Shown: positions 42,553 to 57,080 of the stretch, piece after piece
Position numbering within the stretch: position 1 is the stretch's first letter
Layout: each line of letters begins with the position of its first letter
Source of the DNA: the human T2T-CHM13v2.0 reference genome, Homo sapiens
Reading direction: 5' to 3' (one strand)
Length of the DNA stretch: 64,000 nt
NCBI RefSeq assembly: GCF_009914755.1
Contig: NC_060938.1
The notes under the pieces: model-generated
Databases searched by the model: none
Told to the model about the DNA's origin: nothing
Seen by the model: the letters and a program-made list of their open reading frames with translations, nothing else
Made by a program: the position numbers and the translations under genes

Positions 42553-44293
42553 TAGGTCCTCCCCATTATTCTCTATCACAGCAAGTATGATTGTAGTTAT
42601 ATTATTTGTTTCTTTACTATTGATGAACCATCATCCCCAACACCTTCCCCACTAGATTATCAACTCCCTGAGGGCAGAAACCCTGCTCATTTGGTTCACT
42701 CTTATATACCCAGTACCTAGTATGGTGTCCGGCATTGGAGGGCATTTAATAAATACTTTGAATGCATGAATGAAATCAAAGAAGAAGATGTTTGTTATAT
42801 AGTAATTATACTGTATGAAAAAACTAATAGTTATTTACTTAAAAAGGAATCATAGATATCAACTAGTCCAACCACCTCAACCAGAGGTTGTAAATAACTT
42901 GCCCAAGGCAAATGCTGGAACCAGGATATAAGCCCAGCATGCATCCAGCTCTAAAATCCACGCTCTATCAAGACATCCTGCCACCTTCAAGTTCTGTTAC
43001 AAGAGGTTCTCTGGAAGAGAAGCTCAGTTCATGATTTTGTATTAATTTGCAAATTTAGCTTGAGTTTCTCAATTTGATGCTAATAGTCCTTTGATAATTC
43101 CAAATCTCAATATTTGGCATTCAGGACTGCATTTAGCTCAGCAGGAGCAGAGAGCGGATAGCCATGCCATACCTCAAGGCCCAAAGCTGAGGCTTAGAAG
43201 ACACCTATTTTTAGGGAATATCCTGGAACAAATCAGCAAACTAAGCCAATTAGCTACTGGCATGAAGGGAACTACATCTACCCCCATGGTCCTCCATTTC
43301 AGCACAATTGCACACTGTCTCAAACTAGCTACTTTTTTATTCCTAGGAACCCTCCAAAGATTGCAGAAGAAATGCCCTAAACTAAAAGCAATGGAGGTAC
43401 AGAAAGGCACCACCTTGAAAATTACAGCATGTAATACCTTCTTATTCCTAGTACTTTGAGGCTTGGTATCAAGCTCTCCCATGCACAAAAATCAACAGAG
43501 GCTGGAATCCACGACCTCCTGACAGTGCTTCCGCATAGACAATTCCAGAAGACACCATTCACAGTCGCATAGTGCACAACCTGTGCAGACATACATTGTA
43601 CCCCTACCTCTTACAACCTGCTTCAGCACTATGTCAAACTGTGGTCTCTCTGCAATTTAGACATGAGCTAGAAATGTCCTTGCACCAGAAAATTCACATT
43701 TCTTTTCATCACAAGTAAACAACTGCTGTATGCATCTATTAAACTCCACTGTCTACTAAAGAAGAGAGTGATTATCACACTTTAAGGGTTTTTTTAAATC
43801 ACTTTCCATCAGGAAAACTTGATGTGGAAAAGGAAAACTGGGAACAAAGATCACGATATGATCACTCTTTCTGGGACACATTTATGTAAAAAATCAGTCA
43901 AGAAAACCCAAGAGATATAAGATCTAAATCAAACTGAACTTTTAAAAAGTGGAATAAACTCTTTCTCTTTTTTCTTTGACTTTTAGTTTTATGGATTTGT
44001 GCTTACATGGGCACTTTAGAGGTTATCTTCCACAGTAGATGGTAATACAGATTTGCCGGTAGAAAAGACTTTAACTAGTGACTGAGACCTTGAGCCTGAA
44101 GTTAGAATAATGATACCGATACAGCTTACAGGCCAAATCTTTAAACTAAAAATATCCAACAGCAATGTGGAATATGTCAGAGGTGTGGGTTTCAAAAGTT
44201 TACATTTTAAGTGGAAATTCAATTGAATTAAACAAAATTCAAACTTTAAGCAGAAAATGTAAACACAGATATAAAATTCCATTTGAAGGAAGG

Positions 44294-44635
<342 letters not shown>

Positions 44636-44974
44636 TTAAATATATATTAAGTATTGCATTATACTATGTATCATATATTAAGTTTAACACAATATAATTT
44701 ACCTCAAAGCATGCTACTTGGTTGGACTTTGGAGTAAGGGCCTAGAGTCACATGAGCTTTGCTTCTTCTCAACCCCTGCAGCAGGTCCCAAGACTTTTTT
44801 AGGACCCAAAAGATTCAGGAACACAATTCAAAACCTCAAGTCTAGAGGAAAGAACACCAAGAAGAAAATCCAGAACCTGGATTCTAGTGCCGGCTTTGCA
44901 CTAACTAGCCCTGTCACATTGAGCATGCACCTGGGGACTGGGAGACCCTGGGTACAAACGCCAGCCTCCATGAC

Positions 44975-45502
44975 TGCATTAGTCAGGGCTCTCGAGAAAG
45001 ACAGAACTAATAGGATAGATGTACATATGAAAGGGAATTTATTAAGGAGTATTGACTCACATGATCACAAGGTGTCCCACAATAGGCCATCTGCAAGCTG
45101 AGGAGCAAAGAAGACAGCCCAAGTCCCAAAAACTCAAACGTAGGGAAGCCGACAGTGCACTGTGGCCAAAAGTCTGAGAGCCCCTGGCAAACCACTGGTG
45201 TAAGTCCAAGAGTCCAAAAGCTAAACAACTTGGAGTCTGATGTTGGAGGGCAGGAAGCATCCAGCACGGGAGAAAGATGAAAGCTGGAAGACTCAGCGAG
45301 TCTGCTCATTCCACCTTCTTCTGCCTGCTTTTTTTAGCCGTGCTGGCAGCCAAGGGGATGGTGCCCACCCAGATTAAGGGTGGGTCTTCCTCTCCAGTCC
45401 ACTGGCTCAAATGTTAATCTCCCCTACAACACCCTCACAGACACACCCAGAAACAATACTTTGCATCCTTAAATCCAATCAAGTTGACAATATTAACCAT
45501 CA
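44975..45502 (-). mobile_element. MLT2A-like LTR inserted in a MIR
   Basis: attagtcagggctctcgagaaagacagaactaatagga...caatcaagttgacaatattaaccatca. Confidence 0.87.
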
Positions 45503-45753
45503 AAATGAGAACCTCTCTACTGTTCACTCTCATCTATAAAATGGGTACGATAAAGTAACTGCTTCACTGTATTGTGCAAATTAAATACATAATACTCACA
45601 GGGTGCTTAGAATATTCAATGTCTCTAGTAAGCACTTAAATAACTGCTAGTTGTAATTAATGAAGTCTACAAAATGGAACATGTGTTCCTGAACATTAAA
45701 TGCAATGCTAACTAAATAAGTTTGCATTAAACTCACTTTGTGTCTTGTTTTAA

Positions 45754-46066
<313 letters not shown>

Positions 46067-46443
46067 TAAGTTTTATTTTAACTATCATTAGAGGTTGTGA
46101 GTGGCCTCTGTCTCTCCAGAGACTAGTTAATTGAAAGCCATCTGTATTTGTCTTCACCTTTTAGCATGCCAACTTCTTGTGGCATCTCAATATGCTCCCA
46201 CAGCCATTAGCACAGGATCTTGCACAGAGTCAAGATTCAATCAGTGCCCATTAAATGAACGAAAGCTTAGCTGTTCTAAGGAGTCAATCTTTGAATTTTA
46301 ATACAACTTAGGTTAAGATTACTCAGGTTCTTTAATAAATAAAAGAGATCCTGATTTTAGAGTATGTCCAAATTTAGATGTGTACTGGATCCTTTAAGCC
46401 AGACAGGCTCATAAGTGGCCCACAGGTTAAGCCTCCTGGAAGA

Positions 46444-47014
46444 CTGTATTTACCAAAACTAGCTACAACAATCTCTCCTATCCCATATACTCCTTACTAT
46501 GTGACTTTAATATTCCCCCCGTGAGAACATCGAACCTATGTTCCCTCTCCTTGAATCTGGACAGGCTTGTGACTAAAGCAGAAGTGACACTATGTGACCT
46601 CCAAAGCTAAATAATGAAAGACCACACCGCTTCTGCCTGGTTCTTTTGGGATGCTCACTCTTAGGATCCAGCTGCCACACTGTGAGGAAGCTCAAGCTAA
46701 CCCATGTGGAGAAACACAGTGATCACATACAGATGTTCCAGCCAACAGCCACGCTGAGATCTCAGCCAAGATTCAGAATCAACCACCAGTCACATGAGCC
46801 AAGATACCTCCAGTTGATTTCAGCCCCCTCCCCTAACCCCACAGACACCTGTAGATTTCCCAGGTGAGGCTCATCTTCCCAGGTGAGGCCCCAGACGTTG
46901 CAGAATAGAGACAAACCATCGCCTCTGTGTCCTGCATGAATCCCTGAAGCACATTATCTGAGCATAATAAAATGCTTGTTTTATGCCAATAAGTTGGGAT
47001 GGCTATGCAGCAAT
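46444..47014 (+). mobile_element. Old MLT1 (F/G/H-like) MaLR LTR
   Basis: ccctctccttgaatctggacaggcttgtgact...gcagaagtgacactatgtgacc...aataaaatgcttgttttatgcca. Confidence 0.75.
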
Positions 47015-47189
47015 CCCAACTTATTGCTGCATCTATATTGTGATAGAGGCATTCATCTATATTGTGATAGAGGAACTGCTCATAAAATGGAAACATGGCA
47101 AAAACCAGGACAGAACCCAAGCATCCTACACACTGACTAATACACAAGTTAAAACAAGATTCTGAAGTAACACTCTTGTTATAACACAT

Positions 47190-47554
47190 TGTATTAGTCT
47201 GTTTTGACACTGCTGATAAAGACATACCTGAGACTGGGTAATTAATTTATAAAGAAAAAGAGGCTTAATGGACTCACAGTTCCATGTGGCTGGGAAGTCC
47301 TCACAATTATGGCAGAAGGTGAAAGGCACGTCTTTCTTGGCAGCAGGCAAGAGAGAATGAGAATCAAGTGAAAGGGAAAACCCCTTATAAAACCATTAGA
47401 TTTCATGAGACTTATTCACTACCACGAGAACAGTATGGGGGAACCGCCCCCATGATTCAGTTACTTCCCACCTGGTCCCACCCACAACATGTGAAAATTA
47501 TGGGAGCTACAATTCAAAATGAGATTTGGATGAGAACACAGCCAAACCTTATCA
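47190..47554 (-). mobile_element. THE1 solo LTR
   Basis: tgtattagtctgttttgacactgctgataaagacatacc...cacagccaaaccttatca. Confidence 0.92.
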
Positions 47555-47970
47555 CATGCCCTACTCTTCCATCTATTGAGGTGCACCCTACGGAGAAAAT
47601 AAAATAGTAACATTAAAATTGCTCATTTATTGTTTATTACAATACCAGGCACTATTCCAAGTGCTTTACATGCATTAACTCATTTAAATGTAAAAATAAC
47701 TTTACAAGCAAGGTATTATTATTACTCCATTTTACAGATAAGCAAGCAAAGCATAGAACATGCCACTAACAGGCAGGGCCAGGACTTGAACCTTAGCAAT
47801 CTGCCTCCAGAATGCATAATCTGACACAGGACACTAGATGCTTCTCAAGCCTTACACCCTGTGAAAAACAATACATGTGAAGCAGCTAGCATAGTGTTTG
47901 GCATTGTTTCCTTCCTTCCCCAACATGGATGCTACCATCAATTATCATCAATTAGATTACCACAAGTTCT

Positions 47971-48324
47971 TTTTTATTATTATTTCTGTAGGTTTTTGGG
48001 GAAGAGGTGGTGTTTGGTTACATGACTAAGCTCTTTAGTGGTGACTTGTGAAATTTTGGTGCACCCATCACCCGAGCAGTGTACACTGTACCCAATTTGC
48101 TGTCTTTTATCCCTCACTGCCCCCACCCTTTTCACCAAGTCCCCAAAGTCCAATGAGGATGCCTTTGCATCCTCATAGCTTAGCTCCCACTTATAAGTAA
48201 GAACACACAATGTTTGGTTTTTCCATTCCTGAGTTACTTCACTTAGAATGTTGGTCTCCAATTCCATCCAGGTTGCTGCAGATGCCATCATTTCATTCCT
48301 TTTTATGGCTGAATAGTATTCCAT

Positions 48325-48367
<43 letters not shown>

Positions 48368-48774
48368 CACAATTTCTTCATCCACTCATTGATTGATGGG
48401 CATTTGGGCTGGTTCCATATTTTTGCAATTGTGAATTGTGTTGCTAGAAACATGCATGTATGAGTATCTTTTTCGTATAATGACTTCTTTTCCTCTAGGT
48501 ATGCACCCAGGAGTGGGATTGTTGGATCAAATGGTGGTTCTACTTTTAGTTCTTTAAGGAATCTCCACACTGTTTTCCATAGTGGTTGTATTCCCAGCAG
48601 CAGTGTAGAAGTGTTCCCTTTTCACCACATCCCCGCCAACATCTATTATTTTTTGATTTTTTTATTATGGCCATTCTTGCAGGGGTAAGGCAGTATCGCT
48701 TTGTGGTTTTGATTTGCATCTCCCTTATCATTAGTGATGTTGAGCATTTTTTCATATGTTTGTTGGCCATTTGT
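47971..48774 (-). mobile_element. 5'-truncated L1PB-type element (ORF2 C-terminus and 3' UTR), with internal (TG)n at 48327-48365
   Basis: ORF fragments [13 protein letters not shown]...[23 protein letters not shown]...DPTIPLLG and MEYYSAIKRNE are the L1 ORF2 C-terminus. 20-bp TSD attagatt(a/g)ccaca(a/c)gttct at 47951-47970 and 48775-48794. Confidence 0.92.
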
Positions 48775-48879
48775 ATTAGATTGCCACACGTTCTAAAGCA
48801 AAAAGTATGCCCCTTCTAAAGCAAAATGTACAGCTCTAACGTTTTGTTCCACTCATTGTTCACTATTTAATTTTTACAC

Positions 48880-49680
48880 TTAGTTGTCCAATTAGCTGCT
48901 TGTCCAAGTAGCACATTGAACATGATTCAAAGAGAAATTTTGTTTTCACTCATACACATTCACATCCCAAATCTGCCTCTTCTCCTAGGCTTGTGCATCT
49001 CAATTCATGGTACTGCTATTCATCCAGGGCTTGGACAGAAAATCCAGAGTAGTCTATGGCTCCACCCTGCCCTGACACCCACAGCCAGTCCAGCCAACTC
49101 TCCCTTCCAAATACATCCTGATTTCATTCCACCACTTCTTTCATTCCCACCTCAACCAGCCCATTAGCCATTGTTGTTTCTGCACAACAGTGTCCTAACC
49201 TGCCTGCCAAAATGTAAATTCGATCCCTCCACTGCATGCTGAAAACCTTCCAGAGGGTTCCCACAACTCCCTGAGGAACCTCCAAACTCCTGTCCTTAGA
49301 TCCCCAAATTCTGGCCATGGCCCACTTCTCCACCTTCATCTCCTACCATCTGTCCCTCAATACCGCCCAGCCACACTGGTCTTCTCATTTGTCCAAGTTA
49401 GCTCTAGTCTCAGGGACTGCACGTGTGTTGTTCCCTCAACCTGGAACAGTCTTGCCCAGGGCCTTACAGGGTAGCTCCCTCTCAGTGCTCAATGCTGCCT
49501 CCTCAGCGAGGACTTCCTTCCTCACCACCCCACTGCAGAAGGGCCATTCTCCCCTCCAGTCTCTTCCTAGCCCACCACCTGGCTTGATTTTCCTCAAAGC
49601 AACTTAGTGCTAGCTGAGATTGTATTCTGTACTGATTTGCTCATTCCCTGTGTGTCTCCCTCATTAGAATATAAACTTCC
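48880..49680 (+). mobile_element. L2 fragment
   Basis: L2 3' motifs, e.g. ttctccaccttcatctcctaccatc...cagccacactggtctt. Confidence 0.65.
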
Positions 49681-50319
49681 CATCTAGAATATATGATTCA
49701 ACCCAGCACCCGGGTTGGTCTCATTATAACACCACTCAGTCTACAGTCCAACCTTCACCCCACCTCTGCCCTCCATGTAAAAATTTCCATTTCCCTAAAG
49801 GAAATCCTGGAGAAGATCAAGAGTAACATGGCCTTTAGGATTCAAATGCTGCCTTTTCTTTCTGACTCATCTGAATGTACCTCCTTCTTTGCCTTTTAAA
49901 GTCACCAGGTGGTTTTTCTATTAATCATGAAAGAAGAATCTCACTGGGCTTCTTCTCTTTTATTCACACAGTTCCTCAGGCTGAAGCAGGGCCCCATTAG
50001 TGTGGTGTAAGTGATCTTGGGGAGAATCCAGTTTGGTGGAATTAATCATGCCCTTACACAGTTTTTTAGATTCACTTGAAGACAAGGCAACATTTGCCCA
50101 AGTGCCAGGGCCATGGACTTGCAGCTTTGGGTGATGGCAGGAATGGGAGCAATGTTGCATCAGCCTCCTCTGGGAGCTCTGCCCACTGGCCCTCATCATA
50201 GCTGCTTGTGTGATCTGCTCCTCTTAAGCTGGCCAATCTTTAGCTACACACACAGTGAAGAAGAGAGCCTGAGGGTAAACCCACCCATCTTTTAAGGGGG
50301 CTGTGATGAATTGTTCAAG

Positions 50320-50530
50320 CTTAGAATCAGATAGACCTGAGCTCATGTCCTTAGCTCTGTGGCCTTGAGAAAAAATACTTAAGCTCTCTAAGCCTCAGTG
50401 TTCTTATCCTTAAAATGGAAATTATACCTTTCCCTTAGTGCCATGGTGAGATTTCAGCAAGATAATTCACTTGAAGTGCCTGGCACAATGCCTGGCACAT
50501 AGTAAATACTCAGTAAATGTCAGCTACTGT
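50320..50530 (+). mobile_element. MIR
   Basis: ctctctaagcctcagtgttcttatccttaaaatgga...gcctggcacatagtaaatactcagtaaatg. Confidence 0.8.
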
Positions 50531-50664
50531 GATTATTACTAAGGGCATCGTGCTTGTGTATCTATTTTGGCATAAGCATTGTGTCTTATTCACCTTGTAT
50601 GCCCAGCACACAGCAGAGGCACACTGTAGATACTTACAGGACAACTTTTTAAATAATTGGTAGG

Positions 50665-51119
50665 ATCAGCAGGATAATGTTCGGTCCCCCAAAGATGTCC
50701 ATGTCCTGATCCCTGGAACCTGTGAGCACATTACTTTACTACTTTACACGACAAAGGGATTTTGCTGATGTGATTAAGATCTTGAGATCAGGAGATGATC
50801 CTGGATTATCTGGGTGGGTCCAGTGTAATCACAAGGGGGAGCGGGAGGGCCAGAGAGAGGAGGCATGTGAGGACAGATGCAAAGGTTACAGTGGTGCAGC
50901 CATGAGCCAAGAAACATGAGCAGCCTTTAGAAGCTGGAAAAGGCAAGGGAAGGATTCTCCCTAAAGCCCCCAGAAGGAAACAGCCCTGTGGACACCTTGA
51001 TTTTAGCCCCATATGACCCACTTAGGAAGTCTAACATGCAGAATGATATGATAAACTTGTGTTGTTTTAAGCTATGCAGTTTGTGCAACTTGTTATAGCA
51101 GCAAGAGGAAACTAATGCA
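50665..51119 (+). mobile_element. MLT1C/D-like MaLR LTR
   Basis: cccccaaagatgtccatgtcctgatccctggaacctgtga...agaagctggaaaaggcaagg...ggaaactaatgca. Confidence 0.85.
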
Positions 51120-52977
51120 ATTAGTAACATGTTCTGGGTGCTTGCTCTGTGCCAGGCACTGTGTACATTTCACATGAATGCCCTCACTAAGCCTCACCGC
51201 AGACCAGGATGGAGGTTCTACTCTTGCTCCAGTGTTACAGATGGAGAAATCGAGGCACAGGGAAGTTAGGTACTTTGCCCAAAGCCTCAAAACTTATAAC
51301 AGATGGAACGAGACTGACGTTCTAAGCTCTCTACTATGTGCAAAGATGAAAATTTACAGATGAAAACCTTTTGAGAAAATTCTTGCCAATGTCCCTATAA
51401 GGTACAAAGCCCTAAGCTAACATGGCCACAAGGAAACAACAAAATTATTTCTGCAGGTCATGCAGTTGCTATATTCAGAGCCAGAGGAAGACCTTTTCAT
51501 TCACAAAAAAAAGGCACCCACCATGCAAGTTGTGCAGAAGCAAAGCATTCACCAGAAGCTTCTAGGTCAGCGTCAGGAAACAGGCAGGGAGGTATTCAAG
51601 TGGCAGAACCGTGCTGTGGGAAGAGGCCCACTAGGGCAGCCTGACAGGTGGTCCCTCTGCCGCGGAAAAGGGCAGCACCTGGACTATTTTTATTCCCACA
51701 CGTCTTGTACAAACTATTGCTTTCACCAGCAGAAAATCATGAAGAAGCCAAACACTGCAGAACTGTAAATAGTGGGAAACTCCTGGTCGTGGAAACCACG
51801 GTTGGCTTTCTCAGGCACAGGAGTTTTCTAACTGTGCACAGAAGCCAGCCTTGAGCACCCCGCCCCTCGTTCCCCACCACCCCAATGGAGCACCATGTCA
51901 CCTGCTTTATATACTGAGCTTCCCTGACAGCTTTCATTCAAAGAGAGGGTTTCTCTGTTACAAGGCAATGTTAAGTGAGCCCTTTCCTGTTGTCTTGGGG
52001 TTTATACTGAGATCTCTCAAAACTGAAGACTGAGGATCCATCAATGCAGAGCTTGCATATGATCTCTAAGCCATATAAGAGAATTCGCTGGAGAAAAAGC
52101 ATTTCTTAGCAGAAAAGAACACATAGCATTGCAGCACTATGGCAAATGAAGGAGCAGAAAGAGAACTGCTCAGAGATCAGAGGGGTTGGCAGAAGGGGGT
52201 CTCAGCATCTGGAACCCCAGCTGGGTGCCTGCTGAACTGCATACTTCATAGAATGCACTGCTACAGGTAGGGGCATGAGAGATTTGTCTGAACTCAGGGC
52301 TGCCACATTAACTGTGCAATTCTAGGAGAACACATGTGAATGATGCCCTCTGGAGGTGTGCAATGAGACGGCCCTGGGAAAATCAGACATGGGTGCGCAG
52401 TGTTTGGCCTGTAATGCAGGCTGAGGAGGGTAGGCAACAGTGGAGTCACGTGCTTTCCCCATATATGGCAGCACAAAGATGCCTAATGGTTTCTCCTGGG
52501 CCAAGTAGGCACTGGATGGGGTCAGAAGCTACATCAAAGCCTTCAGAAAAAAGCCTTCCCCAAGAAGTCCATCCACTTGAGAAAAAAAGTTCAGGGTACA
52601 CTCAAGGCAGAAGCTGAGAGGCCGGGGGTGTCATAAGAGACCAGCCAGGGAGGGCATCATCCATGTCTGTAGAGGAAAGTCTGGGGGTCTTCACAGGGTG
52701 GCCAAGAACTCACAAAAGCTGGACACCTGCAAGACAGAGACTATTTCATGACTAGAAAGAACCATAAGAAGCACCAGCTAAGCAAAACACCCTTGCTTTC
52801 TAGTCACCTTCTCCCTGCCCCTTGACTGTGGTGGAGCCAAAAGCAGCAAAGCCAGCAGGAAAGGAGTGTGCACAAGGAGGGAAAAGGAACAGCCACGGCC
52901 CCCGCCTTCCCTTTCCCATGGCTGATCTGCAGTGTCTCAGGCCAGGCCTGGCCTACAGGGAAAGGAGAGCTTTGTGA

Positions 52978-53576
<599 letters not shown>

Positions 53577-53899
53577 TGAATTGGATGAGAGGTTGATGTT
53601 TTGATTCATGTAAAACTGGACTTTTGAATATCTGAAAAAAAAAGTACAATTTTTATTTCTATTTTACTTGATTTGATTTTTAAAGTGCCTGGAAAAGCTG
53701 TGAGGTATTTCTGGTGTATCATCCAGGGTTGGCCTCACAGGGCAAGAGTGAAGGTAGGAGTTGAAGATAAATGAAGTGATTTATGGTTTGTACTCTCAAG
53801 AAGGCCCGCCAATTTAATAAACTAGTTAAATGGCTTTAAAAGTAAAAATAAAAACTGCTATAGCCACCCCTTCTCATTATGGATTCATATATCCATGAA

Positions 53900-54295
53900 T
53901 ATATATTTCCAGCTCTACCCTCTAAATTCCAGACTCCTGTCTCCAACTGTCCAATTGACATTCCCACTCAGATATTAACAGGCTTCTCAAATCCCACAGA
54001 GCTAGAATAGCATAGTTGATTTTAAAATAATAAAAACCCTCCATTCTTACCTATCTCAAGAAATGCTACCACCATCCTCCCAAGTTACTCAGTCCACAAG
54101 CCTAGGAATCATTTTTAATTATTTTCCTTACCATCTTCAACATGTATTTCATCAGCAAATGCTGTGGATTCCATCTCCAAACTAGAAATCAAACCCATCC
54201 ACCACTCTCCATCTCAGCAGTCACTCTGCTTGTCCAAGCCACCATGATTCTTTGCCTGGACTTCAATACCTCCAAACTAGCATACCCACTTCCTT
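53900..54295 (+). mobile_element. L2 fragment
   Basis: tccagactcctgtctccaactgtccaattgacattccc...gtccaagccaccatgattctttgcctggac. Confidence 0.72.
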
Positions 54296-54324
54296 TCTTC
54301 TTAGCCTCCTTCTCCTCCTCCTTC

Positions 54325-54620
54325 TTCTTTTTTATGGACAGAGTCCTGCTCTGTTTACCCAGGCTAGTGTGCAGTGGTGCAATCATAGCTCACCGTAACT
54401 TTGAACTCCTGGGCTGAAGCGATCCTCCTACCTCAGTCTCCCAAGCAGCTGGGACTATAGGCATGCACCACCACACTTGGCTAATTTAAAAATAAATTTT
54501 TTTAGAGATAGGGTCTCACTATGTTGCTCAGGCTGGTCACTAACTCCTGGCCACAAGCGATCCTCCTGCCTCAGCCTCCCAAGTAGCTGAAGTTACAAGT
54601 GTGAACCACTGTGCCTAGTC
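54325..54620 (-). mobile_element. AluJ
   Basis: Antisense Alu, J-type. Confidence 0.88.
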
Positions 54621-55967
54621 CTGCTTCCATTCTCATCCACCCTTTCTCTACATCATTCTCTCAGCATCCATGACCATGCCATATTATGTCAACAGTACCG
54701 ATTTTGTTTAGGGAAACCACTACAGCCCACTCTCAGCCCTTGAGTTGGGCTTCACTGGGCTTCTCTCTTAGGTTCCATGAGTGAAGCACACAACCCAGGC
54801 AAAGCCAATTAGCACATTCGATTCCCCCAATCACCACCATGATAATTAAAGAATGAGTATCTGACCCTAGACAGGCCAATCAGGACCAAAAAGATGCCAT
54901 TGCAAGACTTTTGTTTCAGCCTTAGGGAACTGAGCTTTCGCTCTCCTGAAGGATGTAAATCTGGAAGACAGAGGAGGGTCTGCAGCCTTTGGCAGCCACC
55001 TTAGGATTTCCAAGATGGAACTTGCCTAAGAATAGAGCAATGCAAAGAAGACGAATCAAGAAATGAAGAACTATGCAGTCCTGGATGCATGATCTGAGCC
55101 CTAGATTGAGCTTTGCCTGGACTGTTCAGTTTTGAAAATCAACAATTCTCTTTTGGGCTGGATCCCACTTGGGCTGATTTCTTGGGTACAATGTATCCAG
55201 AGCAATGTGTCAAGCAACAGATACATGGGTTGATCCAATGACTCTGCCTATGCCCATGACACTCAGGCCTCAAGCAATCCAAATATACAAACGTCCTCAT
55301 AGGGCTACATGGGCAAAGGACCACAAGAGATTCTGGCTGGTCTTTAAAATACAAATTCCAGCAGCAAAGTATTGCCTTAAGGATCAGTTCCAGACTTGAA
55401 ATATTGCCAGCTTTCTCTTTCCTCTCTTAAATTTAATATGCTACTTCAAGGGCACGGTCCCAACCTTCCCCTCTCAGGTATTCTAATAATGTTGCGTTCT
55501 ACCCTTAGAAAATATTTAAATGAAGTCAACTATGACCCTGTATAGGTTAAGAATTTCTCACTGTACATTCATGAATATTCTAATTCTCTTCAATGTATTT
55601 CTTATATGTGTTTGCTCATCTATTTGTTCTTATACTGGAAACTCTAAAAGACAGAAAACGAGACTTTATGACCCTCTTTGTGAGCTATCTTGAGCCAAAC
55701 AAGTATTTAAGTACCTAATAAATACCTATGATGACAAGTACAGCCGTGACAAGGGTGACAGTAGCGTTGTTCTGTGTGTCATTAGAAAGGTTATTGTTCT
55801 GGCCATTCAGTGGAGATTATTTCCCCTAAATTAATAGAAATCAACTTTGCTCTGTCACCCTTGTGGGAAGGCATTAGAAACAGGCATAGGTGAACAACTT
55901 GGAATTCTTCCTAGTTCCCAGATATGAATAGCCACCTTGGACATTTGAAAGCTTGGGCTCTTTCTCA

Positions 55968-56340
<373 letters not shown>

Positions 56341-56879
56341 ATTTCCTTGAGATCTACATGGGGTCAAAATCTAAAAGGAATTCATTGACAGGAGAACACC
56401 TCCACTAGTATCAGAAACATAATTAAAGTTGTTCATTAGCTCCCAACTATGGACTGTGAGCTCATCCATTCAGCAAGTTCCTCTTGAGATCATGGGCTTT
56501 ATTAAAATATCCTATCACTGAGTTCCAGAGTCTTAACTACAACAGCACTTCTGCTCTTTGGGGGGTCTAATTAAACTAACAAATTCTTGATCCTCAGCCC
56601 TTAACTCACCATGCTACCAGCTCCTTCTCTGGGCCTGCTGGGCAACCATCCCCTCCCAATCTGGTCTAGTCCATGCACCTGGGCTATACACAGAGGAAGT
56701 TATTCCAGGTATTGGTAGAATCTTGCTCAGGAACCCTATTAGATTCTGAAGCTCTTTTATGTAACTCTTCATACTCTGGCCCTGTCTGGCTTCTGAGACC
56801 TCACATAACCGGACATAAAGTAAATGCATGTTCTCAGATTTGGGGAAACTGCATGGCACACTGGAAGTGGAGCAGACCT

Positions 56880-57080
56880 TGATGCCCCATGGAGCAAAGC
56901 CTGAATCCTGGTTCTACCATTTCCTAACTGTATGACCTTGGACAAGTTTTTTACCCTCTCTGAGCCCCAGTTTTACACATGAAACAAGGATAATATTGAT
57001 GATCAATGAATACTTATCTTGTAGAATTGTTATCATTTAAAAATAGTGTTTCTGAAGTGGATAGGACACTCGATAAATGC
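56880..57080 (+). mobile_element. MIR
   Basis: aatcctggttctaccatttcctaactgtatgaccttggacaagtt. Confidence 0.8.

Noticed and set aside
47980-48770. ORFs similar to L1 ORF2
   Set aside because: Frameshifted fragments of a 5'-truncated L1, not a functional gene.
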